Shown here in pieces: positions 16,460-30,000 of a stretch of DNA of 64,000 bases (within the stretch, counting starts at the first letter, position 1; each line of letters starts with the position of its first letter). Below the pieces are notes generated by a model that saw only the letters and a program-made list of their open reading frames with translations, was not told the DNA's origin and searched no databases. The position numbers and the translations under genes were made by a program. This stretch comes from Macrostomum lignano (Eukaryota): NCBI GenBank assembly GCA_002269645.1, contig NIVC01002256.1, forward strand, positions 221,009 to 285,008. Direction: 5' to 3'.

Positions 16460-17365
16460 CATCGGTCATCGAGTCCTCATGACACACTGAGTCCTCATGA
16501 CGCACCGAGTCCTCATGACACACTGAGTCCTCATGACGCACCGAGTCCTCATGACACACTGAGTCCTCATGACGCACCGAGTCCTCATGACACACTGAGT
16601 CCTCATGACGCACCGAGTCCTCATGACACACTGAGTCCTCATGACACACTGAGTCCTCATGACACACTGAGTCCTCATGACACACTGAGTCCTCATGACG
16701 CACTGAGTCCTCATGACGCACCGAGTCCTCATGACACACTGAGTCCTCATGACACACTGAGTCCTCATGACGCACCGAGTCCTCATGTCACACTGAGTCC
16801 TCATGATGCACTGAGTCCTCATGACGCACCGAGTCCTCATGACACACTGAGTCCTCATGACACACTGAGTCCTCATGACACACTGAGTCCTCATGACACA
16901 CTGAGTCCTCATGACACACTGAGTCCTCATGACACACTGAGTCCTCATGACGCACTGAGTCCTCATGACGCACCGAGTCCTCATGACACACTGAGTCCTC
17001 ATGACGCACCGAGTCCTCATGACACACTGAGTCCTCATGACACACTGAGTCCTCATGACATACTGAGTCCTCATGACATACTGAGTCCTCATGACACACA
17101 AGTAGTCCTGATGACACACACTGAGTGCTGATGACACACACTGAGTGCTGATGACACACACTGAGTGCTGATGACACACACTGAGTCCTGATGACACACA
17201 CTGAGTGCTGATGACACACACTGAGTGCTGATGACACACACTGAGTGCTGATGACACACACTGAGTCCTGATGACACACACTGAGTCCTGATGACACACA
17301 CTGAGTGCTGATGACACACACTGAGTCCTGATGACAAACTGAGTGCTGATGACACACACTAAGTC
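16460..17365. repeat. Compound tandem array: 18 bp unit (GAGTCCTCATGACACACT) changing to a 20 bp unit (GATGACACACACTGAGTGCT)
   Basis: Abrupt switch at ~17100. It produces the spurious HEDSVC and VMRTQC ORFs. Confidence 0.97.
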
Positions 17366-17499
17366 CTGACATTTTATATAAGTAATATTGGCATTCACTC
17401 CTATTAACATCTATCAATAGTAGATTTTTTTCAGCGCCGGAACTAAGTAAAGCAGGAACGCGAAATTCAACAACACGAGGCAAATTATTGTATATTTAT

Positions 17500-18320
17500 T
17501 TAGGATCTATTGTAGATCTATCGAAGATCCATTGAGGATCTATTGTGGATCTATTGTAGATTTATTGAGTATCTATTGAAGATCCATTGAGGATCTATTG
17601 TGGATCTATTGTAGATTTATTGAGTACATGTATCTATTGAAGATCTATTGAGGATCTATTGTGGATCTATAGTAGATTTATTGAGGATCTATTTTAGATC
17701 TATCGAAGATCTATTGTGGATCTATTGTAGATTTATTGAGGATCTATTGTAGATTTATCGAAGATCTATTGAGGATCTATTGTAGATTTATCGAAGATCT
17801 ATTGAGGATCTATTGTAGATTTATCGAAGATCTATTGAGGATCTATTGTAGATTTATCGAAGATCTATTGAGGATCTATTGTAGATTTATCGAAGATCTA
17901 TTAAGGATATATTGTAGATCTATCAAAGATCTATTGTAGATCTATCGAAGATCTATTGAGGATCTTTTGAGGATCTATTGTAGATTTATCGATGATCTAT
18001 TGAGGATCTATTGTAGATCTATCGAAGATCTATTGTAGATCTATTGAGGATCTATTGTAGATCTATCGAAGATCTATTGAGGATCTATTTTAGATCTATT
18101 GAGGATCTATTGCAGATCTATTGAGGATCTATTGTAGATCTATCGATGATCTATTGAGGATCTATTTTAGATCTATTGAGGATCTATTGCAGATCTATTG
18201 AGGATCTATTGTAGATCTATCGATGATCTATTGAGGATCTATTTTAGATCTATTGAGGATCTATTGCAGATCTAGTTAGGATCTATTGTGTATTTACTGA
18301 GGATCTATTGTAGATTTATT
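17500..18320. repeat. Tandem array built from 11-bp subunits (GATCTATTGAG / GATCTATTGTA / GATCTATCGAA)
   Basis: Directly visible 11/33-bp periodicity. Confidence 0.95.
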
Positions 18321-18422
18321 GTACTGTTTCCGTTTACAATTTTAGAGTAAAAAATGATTTGTTTCTACAAAATCAAGTCGCCATTAAATTCTTCAAAGGT
18401 TTGACTGCAAGTCATCAGTCGG

Positions 18423-21400
18423 TCACACGGCTCTGCTACGCTGGGGTGCCACTTGGTTTTTGTTGCTGGATTCCGAACTGTAGATCACCAGGGAGCCGAC
18501 GACCAGGAGGAGCTGAAAATTGTATTTTTCAGGGATTTTTTGAAGTTTACAACTTATCACAAGGTATTTGTAATCGCTGACCCAATGATTCCCTGATCAT
18601 ATGACCCACTGACGCTATGAACCACTGACCCTATGAACCACTGACCCTATGAACCACTGACCCACTGACCCTATGAACCACTGACCCACTGACCCTATGA
18701 ACCACTGACCAACTGACCCTATGAACCACTGACCCTATGAACCACTGACCCTATGAACCACTGACCCTATGAACCACTGACCCACTGACCCTATGAACCA
18801 CTGACCCTATGACCCACTGATAATATGACCCACTAACCCAATGACCTACTGACCCTATGACTCACTGATCATATAAACCACTGACCCTATGAACCACTGA
18901 CCCCATGAACCACTGACCCACTGACCCTATGAACCACTGACCCTATGACCCACTGATAATATGACCCACTAACCCAATGACCTACTGACCCTATGACTCA
19001 CTGATCATATAAACCACTGACCCTATGAACCACTGACCCTATGAACCACTGACCCCATGAACCACTGACCCACTGACCCTATGAACCACTGACTTTATGA
19101 CCCACCGATCCAATGACGCAATGACGTGACTTATAAAATTTATCCCAATGAACCATTAGCATTCCATAAAACTACTCTGGCTAACCTGCAGCACCAGAAG
19201 GCCAGCCAACGCGGGAAACAGGTAATTAAGGAAATATTTGTCAATATAGCCAGTAAACAAGGTGTCATAGCAACCAATTCGGTAGTTGCTATCCGTGTTG
19301 TTGTAGGGGCAGTAGAGATTTAGCGGTTCCATTCGAGCTAAGTCGAATTTACAGCAGGTCACCGGGTAAGTTAAGTCTGCAATTTTTATCATTTTGTTTT
19401 TTTGTTTTAAGCGTATTTGCCTACTGTTTCAGTTTAGTAGCAACATAAAAGTATTTAGATAAAATTTGCGCTGAAAAGTTAGAGCAAGAACTTACTGAAA
19501 GTGAAATTTCTGCCGCCCTGACTGATGAAGTGCTGCCTGTCCCAGTCCTGGCTGAGGTTCTCAAAGTCTGTGCCATTGTTCACTCCGCAGCAGCCAACAA
19601 GTATCTGCAGCATATTCTGCAGGAGGCTCTCTAAGTTTGTGCTCCGGAATCCTTTGTACTTAGCGACACTTTGCTCCATGGCCGATTTGGCTGAAGCTTT
19701 TAGCTGCGGATTTTGGGAATTCGGTCAGTAATGCACTGATAGTGAGTCACTGTGATAGTCATCGATGCACTAATAATAATCATGAGTCACTGTGATGAGT
19801 CATCGATGCACTAATAATAATCATGAGTCACTGTGACGAGTCACCGATGCACTAATAATAATTGTGTCATTGTGATGAGTCACCGATGCACTAATAATAA
19901 TTGTGTCATTGTGATGAGTCACCGATGCACTAATAATAATTGCGTCACTGTGATGAGTCACCGATGCACTAATACAATGGTTGTCGTGGGTCGCACAACA
20001 AATTTAGTTAACGAACCCGGATTCACCGCCATAGCTCATATTGATATGCTAATCAAGACGTCAATATCTAAGGTGTCCTTGTAGCAGCCAGATTTAACCT
20101 GGCGTCAGTATTTTTACAGCGTACCTTATCAAATTGGCAATGTTGATAAGATAACAGTCTCCGCCTCAATGTCCTGTTGTGTTGCTTTTTTCTTGCTTTT
20201 TTCTTTCTTTTTTGTTTATCGAAAGGCTCAATGCCGATAAAAAAGTCTTGTGTGTGATTGTCACTCCATGCATTTAAACAGTTATGGTTAATGGAGGATA
20301 GAGACTCGACTCACAATTTCTGAGTTGGCGTACCAGATAATGACAACGATTAGCTGGCCAAGGAATACTAGCCCGACGATTATGGCGTACTGAAGTTAGA
20401 AATGTGACAGTTAGAAATTTGCTTAGATTGCTTGATTCAGGACTCGGGACATGGGACTCGGGACATGGGACTCGGGACATGGGACTCGGGACATGGGACT
20501 CGGGACATGGGACTCGGGACATGGGACTCGGGACATGGGACTCGGGACATGGGACTCGGGACATGGGACTCGGGACATGGGACTCGGGACATGGGACTCG
20601 GGACATGGGACTCGGGACATGGGACTCGGGACATGGGACTCGGGACATGGGACTCGGCAGTTCTAAAAAGTCAGCTCTCACAATGAGGAGACACTGCCGA
20701 ATTTTGCAGCAGCCCCCGATACAGCCGAGACAGGCCACTGCGAGAATGACCACCCCAGCCACAATGAAGGCGGCGCCAACGGATCCGGTCAGCTGACCGA
20801 TGCTGCTCAGCAACTGCTGAATCTCAATTTCTTGACCTGTCTGAGACTTCAGCAAATCCGAAATCGTCTTGAGCCAGTCCTGCACAGAGTCATTCGAGCT
20901 TAGCCAGTTCAGGCCAACGGTGAACACGAGACCCAGCGCGAACAGCAGCAGGCCTACGAGCTGTGAGAGTTCGAGTTGAATTAAAGTAGATTGAATTTGG
21001 CTGAGCCAGCATAGCAACCAGAGCTCTAACAGCATAGCGACCAGCGTCACAAACAGCATAGCAACCAGAGCTCCAACAGCATAGCAACCAGCCCTACAAA
21101 CAGCATAGCAACCAGCCCTACAAAACGGCATAGCAACCAGCCCTACAAACAGCATAGCAACCAGCCCTAAAAACAGCATAGCAACCATGCAGCCCTACAA
21201 AACGGCATAGCAACCAGCCCTACAAACAGCATAGCAACCAGCCCTACAAACAGCATAGCAACCAGCCCTACAAACAGCATAGCAACCAGCCCTAAAAACA
21301 GCATAGCAACCAGCCCTACAAACAGCATAGCAACCAGCCCTACAAACAGCATAGCAACCAGCCCTGAAAAAACAGCATAGCAACCAGCCCTAAAAACAGC

Positions 21401-21753
21401 ATAGCAACCAGCCCTACAAACAGCATAGCAACCAGCCCTACAAACAGCATAGCAACCAGCCCTAAAAACAGCATAGCAACCAGCCCTAAAAACAGCATAG
21501 CAACCAGCCCTAAAAACAGCATAGCAACCAGCCCTACAAAACGGCATAGCAACCAGCCCTACAAAACAGCATACATGTAGCAACCAGCCCTACAAACAGC
21601 ATAGCAACCAGCCCTACAAACAGCATAGCAACCAGGTGCCGCAGGAAATAAAAACAGCACAAAAACTTCCCAGCTCACAATGGCAAAGTTGTTGACGGTC
21701 ACCAGCAGGCAGGCGCAGAGGCAGCTGCAGCATTTCAGCCCAAAGTTCGACAT
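18423..21753 (-). CDS. Tetraspanin A, ~305 aa, six exons
   Basis: Exons 21753-21679, 20960-20682, 20389-20315, 19703-19496, 19376-19186 and 18512-18423; phases 0,0,0,1,0; all GT..AG and the frame is open. Four hydrophobic TM segments. EC2 has GCCGVNNGTDF, YPVTCC, YCP and GCY. Cys-rich N-terminus (KCCSCLCAC). Confidence 0.92.
18590..19110. repeat. Tandem array, ~16 bp unit (CCCTATGAACCACTGA), in tetraspanin A intron 5
   Basis: Directly visible. Confidence 0.93.
19730..19975. repeat. Tandem array, ~39 bp unit (GAGTCACCGATGCACTAATAATAATTGTGTCATTGTGAT), in tetraspanin A intron 3
   Basis: About 6 copies. Confidence 0.9.
20441..20657. repeat. Near-perfect tandem array, 14 bp unit (GGGACTCGGGACAT), in tetraspanin A intron 2
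   Basis: About 15 essentially identical copies. Confidence 0.97.
21008..21633. repeat. Tandem array, ~24 bp unit (AGCATAGCAACCAGCCCTACAAAC), in tetraspanin A intron 1
   Basis: About 25 copies filling almost the whole intron. Confidence 0.97.
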
Positions 21754-22004
21754 TTTGTTGAAGAAAAACAATGAAAATTCCAAATAGGACTCAAATAGCT
21801 ACAATATTGACTGTCACGAGTTAAAAGTTAAATAAGTGCTCAGTCACTGCTGTACTCCGGTCACTATTGGCTGTGAAATTTTAGCGGACCAAAATTTTAA
21901 CCAACTATAGATAGCGATATGTGGCGAGTGCTATGCTATCTAGGTATGCTTGTAAAAATAGACTTTGCACTCGAAATCTGCTTGAGTTTTCTAAGGCTCT
22001 CCGT

Positions 22005-22215
22005 CACCCTGTTCTCTTTCCCCATGTACACCCTTTCCTGTTCCCTTTCTCCTATTCTCTTTTCCCTGTTCTCTTTTCCCTGTTCTCTTTACCCTGTTCT
22101 CTGTCCCCTGTTCTCTTCCCCTGTTCTCTGTCCCCTGTTCTCTGTCCCCTGTTCTCTTTCCCCTGTTCTCTGTCCCCTGTTCTCTTCCCACTGCTCTTTT
22201 TCCCCTGTTCTCTTT
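22005..22215. repeat. Pyrimidine-rich ~14 bp tandem array (CCCTGTTCTCTGTC) between the two tetraspanin start codons
   Basis: Directly visible. Confidence 0.9.
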
Positions 22216-22584
22216 CCTTATTTTTTTCCTCAATTATTGAACATAGTACTTAAAGTAGTAGTCAAACTATCTCAGCTACGTTAGCATCTTACTTTTAGCC
22301 TCTCCACTTTGCTTTCAGTTTAAGTTGTTGACCCAACCTCTATGCTCTTGAAACTCGACACTTCCTCTTCTGCCAGTTCTTGCGTCAGTCATTCATCTCC
22401 GAGCGCACTGCCTCTCAGCAGGTTTCGTGTCTGTTTACCAAAGTGGTTGTCGTGGAGACGAAAGTCGCGCTAGACCGACACTTCGGCGTTGTAGAGTTTA
22501 TAAAAATGTTAAACAACATAAGTTGGCAAGTCGCAAAAACCAGTCTGATTAAAACATTGCCGTCGAATCTTGACTTTTCTAGTT

Positions 22585-25500
22585 ATGACTCGCTCATCGA
22601 GAGTGGACCTGAACTGGGCGTTCTGCTGTCTCTGCAGCTCCTTTCTGGCTGTGGCCAACTGCCTCTTTCTGGTAAACAATATTTTTGTTGATTGCTGATT
22701 TACACGTGTAAACTCCACCACTTAGCAAACCTATCAAGTGGTGTACACCAGTAAACACACGAACTTCGAGCTAGAATTTGTCTCAATAAACACACGAACT
22801 TCGAGCTAGAATTTGTCTCAATAAACACACGAACTTCGAGCTAGAATTTGTCTCAATAAACACACGAACTTCGAGCTAGAATTTGTCTCAATAAACACAC
22901 GAACTTCGAGCTAGAATTTGTCTCAATAAACACACGAACTTCCAGCTAGAATTTGTCTCAATAAACACACGAACTTCCAGCTATAAACTGCATCAATAAA
23001 CACACAAGATTCCAGCTATAAACTGCAATAATAAACACACAAGATTCCAGCTATAAACTGCAATAATAAACACACAAGATTCCAGCTATAAACTGCAATA
23101 ATAAACACACAAGATTCCAGCTATAAACTGCAATAATAAACACACAAGATTCCAGCCATAAACTGCATCAATAAACACACAAGATTCAAGCTATAAACTG
23201 CCTCAATAAACACACAAGATCCCAGCCATAAACTGCATCAATAAACACACAAGATTCAAGCTATAAACTGCCTCAATAAACACACAAGATCCCAGCCATA
23301 AACTGCATCAATAAACACACAAGGTTCCAGCCATAAACTGCATCAATAAACACACACGATCCCAGCTATAAACTGCATCAATAAACACACAGATTTCAGC
23401 TATAAACTGCAATAATAAACACACAAGATTCCAGCTATAAACAGCATCAATAAACACACAAGATCCCAGCCATAAACTGCATCAATAAACACACAAGATC
23501 CCAGCCATAAACTGCATCAATAAACACACAAGATCCCAGCCATAAACTGCATCAATAAACACACAAGATTCCAGCTATAAACTGCATCAATAAACACACA
23601 AGATTCCAGCTATAAACTGCATCAATAAACACACAAGATTCCAGCTATAAACTGCATCAATAAACACACAAGATTCCAGCTATAAACTGCATCAATAAAC
23701 ACACAAGATCCCAGCCATAAACTGCATCAATAAACACACAAGATCCCAGCGATAAACTGCAATAATAAACACACAAGATCCCAGCCATAAACTGCATCAA
23801 TAAACATATAAACTGCCTTAATAAACAAAGCACAAGGGACCCCAACGGCAAGCTGCATTCCCCACAAACCGCGCCGCTCCCAGATCTTCGGCATCGCTTG
23901 CATCGTGCTGAGTGCGGTCTGGCAGCAGTTGCTGCAATCGTCCAACAACGATTCGTCATTATCACCATCCGCTGAACGTCGACAGCTTGTTGATTGCCTT
24001 CAAGCCGTGGCAGCCGCAGCCGGCATCAAGGATGTGTCGCTGGCAGCTCAGAATGCCCTGAGCTCCATTGGACCAATCGATACCGCTCTGCTGATCCTTG
24101 GCGTCAGTTTCACTTTGCTGGCTATCTTGGGCAGTTGCAGTTTGTGCTGCAGATCGAGGGGCGGCCTGGCTGCTGTAAGGCTGTTTTATTGACTTTTATT
24201 GTGTGCTGATTTGTCTTTAAATATAATTGAGTAGTACCCAGGGACATATAAACCGTATAGACTCTAATGGTTTCTGAATACATTGGTTAGAGTTAGAGTA
24301 CACCTGAGCTATGACTCATATTAGCGTCGATCTATACTTTACTGAATGATTAGGCCTGGATTGAAGTCAGTGGAAGGAAGACATTCAAGTCCATAATATT
24401 TTTACCATTTTTAATCAAATTTAAAAAACAAAACTCACTAATTATAATTACAGTAACCAAAAAATATTTTCAAATTCACGACATCTATTTTCAGTACCTG
24501 GTCATCCTGTCAATGATATTCTTTGCTCAGCTACTCATCCTAATTCTGCTCTATGGCAGTCCGGAGACTGTAAGTTGAGTTGTTTGTTTAAAAATCCGAC
24601 TCAGTTTGATGGTTGCAACTGGTTGCTGTGAAAGATTCAATTTAGACTACTGAGAAAAGTAGGCTCATAAAGATTTGAATCGTAAAATCTCTCAAATACG
24701 TAGGTCCGAAAAAATCGCTATAAAAGATACGGCAGCATAAAAACACGCAGTGAGAGTGCGCACAACAGTCCCCCGGGACTGGCTAATCCTGTTAAACTAT
24801 GCCCACAGTTCGACTCGCTAGTGAGGCAGCTGATTCAGCGCTGCGTTAGGCGTTACAGCGGCATCAGCTCAGCCAACGGTGCCAGCCTCCTGTTAAACGC
24901 TGTGCATATCTACGCCGGCTGTTGCGGTACCGACAATGGCACCGATTTTCAAAACGCGAACTGGAATCGGAGCTACTCGATGACCCTGTTTAGACAGACA
25001 TTTACGCACAGTAAGTACTCGCAAAAACGGCTACAGGGGCAGCACATTATAGCATTTTGGTTGCAATTGCATGCTTCATCCTTTTCGTGTTCAATAATTA
25101 AGACAATAACGTATATTTACCATTCCATCATAAAATAATTTGTCCTCTCAGACCTAACCTACCCTGTGAGCTGTTGCCAGTACGACCTGGCTACACTAGA
25201 GCTTCGAGACAAATTCTGCCCCGTTAACAATCGGCACTTCAGCAACCACGCAGTTGGCTGCTACAAGAAAATAATCCAGTTTGTACACGAGTACTTTGAG
25301 CGGTACTACATTCTGCAATCGCTGGCCGCTATTGTTGGCATTCAGGTCAGGAGAGCATTTGCGCGCCAATTAGCGTAATTATGTGATAACCAACTTTTAC
25401 ATGTACTCCTGAGAACCAGCAGCCTATAGCTACGAGCGTGTGTGTCATGCATGTCGATCGAATTCCTTTGCAGCCTCTCATCCAATCCTCGAGCTGCCAC

Positions 25501-25711
25501 CGCTCCATGTACAGGACTAAATATAATACTCCCCCGTTCACTACTAGCACCAACCACCTCTCAGTCCAGTAACGTTCAAATTGTTCCAGCGAGATTCTAC
25601 TGAATTTTACTATACAGCTCCTTTCGCTTTCAGGCGTTGCTGATTGCTGGAATTCTCGTCATTTTTCGCGATATTACCGAGAAAAAAAATAAGGTTCAGC
25701 CAGCTGTTTAA
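22585..25711 (+). CDS. Tetraspanin B, ~308 aa, six exons
   Basis: Exons 22585-22671, 23884-24174, 24495-24569, 24809-25010, 25152-25345 and 25634-25711; phases 0,0,0,1,0; all GT..AG. Four TM segments. EC2 has GCCGTDNGTDF, YPVSCC, FCP and GCY. Confidence 0.92.
22752..23805. repeat. Tandem array, 35 bp unit (ATAAACACACAAGATTCCAGCTATAAACTGCATCA), in tetraspanin B intron 1
   Basis: About 30 copies; the first ~5 are the variant ATAAACACACGAACTTCGAGCTAGAATTTGTCTCA. Confidence 0.97.
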
Positions 25712-25969
25712 CACGAGACAAAAAGGTCGCATGCTATAACCTTGAAGTAGTAACGTACATTATCATTGCTCTCATGCCTTATTTGCTAAAAAGCGTTTGT
25801 TCGTAGCTAGAATACTTTTATTCAAAGGCAGTACGCGCATGCCGATCTCGTCGATTTGGCTCCTTTAACTTGTTTACTTTATAACGAAAAAAGCCTAACC
25901 ATTTAGTGTGACAAATAAAAGACCAGAAAATGAAACGTTGCAAATTATTGGGTCTCTTTTAGTGATAGT

Positions 25970-26591
25970 CAAGGACGACTTAAGTAGAAGGACGGGAAAC
26001 CTCGTTTCTTGGAAAATTTTTGAAGGCAGGTTTTTCCGAAAAATACACTATACGGAGATACAGTGTATATAGTAAGAAGTTTTGACTTTTTAAATATTAA
26101 AATAGTTATTGCTTTCGAAAGACGGCAGAACCAGTCTTGTGCCTAAAAACGATTAAAGTGGCACAGCTCGGCTCTTTAGCTTTATGATTCTATTTTACGA
26201 GTATCATTCTTAGCTGACTGTGTTACAAATATGTGTAACAGAGATGATAAAATGGATTCATAAAACCATAGATTGGAGCTGTGCCATGCATTTTTATGAT
26301 TTTTAGGTCGTAGAATATGCATAGAAATATACGTAGAAATATACGTAGAATAAAAAAATAACATAGAATCCTAATTTTTTGAACGAGAAGCTTTATGAAT
26401 ATCAATAGAGCTATAAGAAAGGCACAACATATCAAAAGATGAACACTGGATTTGTCTCCTATCATGGACAATAACAATTTTTGTGCAGAAAAAATGAAAA
26501 TTTCCTGTCTCCGTAGTGTATTTTTTCGAAAAAACCTGCCTCAAAAATTTTCCAAGAAACGAGGTTTCCCATCCTACTTAAATCGCCCTTG
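25970..26591. mobile_element. MITE, ~620 bp, with ~90-bp terminal inverted repeats
   Basis: 25970-26062 (CAAGGACGACTTAAGTAG..GGGAAACCTCGTTTCTTGGAAAATTTTTGA..) is the reverse complement of ~26505-26591. No convincing TSD. Confidence 0.8.
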
Positions 26592-27055
26592 TTGATAGTT
26601 TTATCTCTGAAATTGCACCCTTTGATTTAATTCCGTAAAAATAATAATGAACTTTTAAGTAAAGTATAAGAAAAAGCAACTAAGTGTAGCTAACATCTTA
26701 AATTTAACAGTTTTTATTATGTATTTTACGTACTTTTTCCATATAAAAAGTAATCATTTTATCAGCTAAATTCTGCAGTTTGACTTAATTTTGTTTGTGT
26801 AAATATATATTTTAAAACCGACAACTTTGGGTCGATTTCATAACGACGACGACGATCCATAGTTAGTTAAGCCCACTTGCTTTCCTTCTTTTTCAGCCTT
26901 AAGATTTTTGAACTAGAAAAACCAATGTTTAAAACCGTTTCTATCAACAAGCAAGAAAATTACGCGTAAAAGGAGAAAGCGTGTAAATTTGAGGGTGATC
27001 CTTTGCCCTTCTGTAAGTAGTTTCATGCCTGGACATGCACATTTCATTTTAAAAT

Positions 27056-30000
27056 GGCAGTGCTTATCCCCACGGTACCGTAGGAATAATTTCTGTCTTA
27101 TTCCAACGGTACCGTGGGAATAATTTTCTGCTTATCCGCACGGCACACTGACGAGATAGCTGCCCCATCTTCTACATATGCCGTGGGGATAATTTTCTGC
27201 TTATCCGCACGGCACACTGACAAGATAGGGCGAATTGTTGAAGCAATGCAATAATCTATACAAGCAAATTGCTAATTTACATGTTTAGTAGAAGTCTACA
27301 ACAGAAGTGGCAATGCACTTTTCGGTATGATCTCCGGGGTCGTTCTCAAAGCTAGGTCACAACTTTTTGTTATTGCAAAAAAAGTTTATACATCGACCAA
27401 TAATCGTACAAAAAAAATTCTTTTGACAATTTCTGTAAGAAGCTGCTACTAAAACCACAAGAAAACTTGAAATTGAGAAGAAATCAAGGCTATTTGTTAT
27501 TCTTTGTTGCGGAAAATAAACGACAAAAATATTAAAGAGAAAATAAAATTTTCTTCCATTTTTATTTTAAATATGCAGTTAAATTTCTTTTGCAAAAATA
27601 AAAGAACAAGAAATTGACAAAGGAAATGTTTTTGAGCACAGCATTTTGTTACTCTGCTCCAAATCCCAGACATTTAAAATTATCGTGTGCGAAAAAGTGC
27701 GAAATTATTATAGCATGCACTCGAAAGAACTTCGATCAGTTTAACTAATCACTGAATTGAGAAGTCTAAATAAGTCTTGAAAGGTTGAATTAAAAATCAA
27801 GTTTTCACTATGTATCTTTTCAAAGGCAAGATGATTCGACAAATAAAGAATGTTCATTTTTACCTTGAATAGAATTGTTCATTTTTACATTAAATATAAT
27901 AAAATCTAACTAATAATAGAAAAAGTCAGGGAACTATCCTTGAACACCAAAAAGCACATTGTGGATTTAATATCGACTGCATGTTCCTTAATAAAGGAAT
28001 TCAGATACTAGTATATATTTGATTATTTGTAGCATAATTTCTGAAAACTATAACTTGCTTGATTTTACTTTAAGTACTCATTACATTAATACTTATACCA
28101 AAGCTACATGTACTTAAAATAAAAAATCATAGTTACTTATTAGACATTTTACTCCAATTAACCTAAAATAATTCAAATTTATTTTAATTAATTCATTTTT
28201 TGAAACTTTTTGGAAAATAGACAAAATTGAATTATTTAAATACCAAAAACCTACTAGCTTAACTAAAATAGCAATTAGTCTTTAAGAAAAGATTTCACTT
28301 GTTAATTGAGAAAAATGAGGATGTGCGAGGTGTAAAAATGCGAAAGAGCATGCAGGAAACAGAGACAAACAAAAATGTAGGTAATAGACACTGCACATGC
28401 ACATAATATGATAACCAGACATAATGCGCACACTGAAACACCAGTAGCAATGACGCCCAAGCTTTTGATGATCACAAGCGAAAAGGCAAAACCCAGCCAT
28501 CAATCAAAGAAGTAGACTATAGCACACATCTTGAGTGCATCACGCATTTTTTGCAGAGAAGCTCGAAAATTAACATTGTATTCTGTGCACAACCACCAAC
28601 TGCGACAGGGTCTGCCGGGGGATTTGTGGGCACGCGGTCGCGGATACAAATCGGAGGAGTCGCTGACCATTCTGAAATTACTAGCTAGTACATGTAATTT
28701 TGTGTATTAATATATTTAGCCCGCTTTATTTCTATGCTCTCGTCTGCCTCTCGTTAATGCATCCCCAGACTCATGCAATAATCAAACTTATGATCGAACT
28801 ATGCATGGCTTCCGTCCCTCGCTTTGAATCTCTCACCTCCCCATAGTTCCATCAACCTTACCGTAGTGGCTTCCTATGCAAAAATCATCCCTCCGCATCT
28901 TACACAGGCTACTTCAGGCTGTAGACTGTACTACACTATTAATTAGTTGCGCTAAGGAATCTACATGTATTTGCTCGCAGCGCAGCGCGCTGCTCAAAGA
29001 AGTTTAGATCTGTCTAGATATTCTAGTAATTTCAGGTTTGTCCATAGACTAGAGCTCATGAGATGAGAATTCCATTAACTAGTACGTTTAATGTAGGATT
29101 CATACATCGATTTTGCGTGCTTAAATGGTCTATGCACGAGTGCGCGCAGCGTGTGTGTGTGCTGTGCATACATATGTATAATATACGAGTAGTTTATGGG
29201 CCAAATTATTGTGTGGCACAATTCTTGGCATCACTCAGCAGGCACAAGATGCAGTTAAGCAGCGCACGAAAATTCTACAAAAGAAATTGAGCCTGGTTGA
29301 GGTGATGCGAGGAGGCAGATCCACACAATCTCAGTGAATACACCAGACTGCACCAAATACGAGTCCAGTCGAATGTGCGCACTGGTCTAAGCAGCACACG
29401 CATGTCCTCCTGACAATGACGGCACCTAGCTTCGTCCAAGCCTTTGCCAGCGTCACTGACAGCGTCAATACTACCATGCAGTGCCACCTGCAGCACCGAC
29501 AACGGCAATTCCTCCAGTTAGCCCACAACAGTGGCTAAACTGAGGGACAGGGAACCTACCCGCAGAAGACACACACATACACACACAGCACCGGCAGCAG
29601 CACTCTGACAGCATAACCTAAAGCTCCATGAGCTCAGTTTTCAAGCATTGAAGAAGCAGAAGCAGTCATCTTGAATCCAGGGATCAGGAAGAGTGTTGCA
29701 TGTCCGACATGTGCTGTTTCCGTGGCAAAAGGTGATGGAGCAAATTAATCAACACTTACTATCTAGCTCGTATTAAGACTAAAAAACTGAGGCAAGCTGG
29801 GATTAAACCAAAGAAAATTTTTTACTATACTTTTTTACCATATACTTTTACTATACTTCTATAGTATAGTAGAGAGGTACTCTATTTAAATGCAGTAAGA
29901 AGTGAAACAAATTTATATATTTAATTATTAAATTAAATTAATTCAAGGTAAATAACTAATTTAACCAATTTATTAGGAGTATTTAATATTATAATAAATT

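Noticed and set aside
17390-17505. Hydrophobic minus-strand ORF (..IICLVLLNFAFLLYLVPALKKIYY*) as a last tetraspanin exon
   Set aside because: Exon 18512-18423 already completes TM4 with a good acceptor and stop. The only AG here comes from the repeat array.
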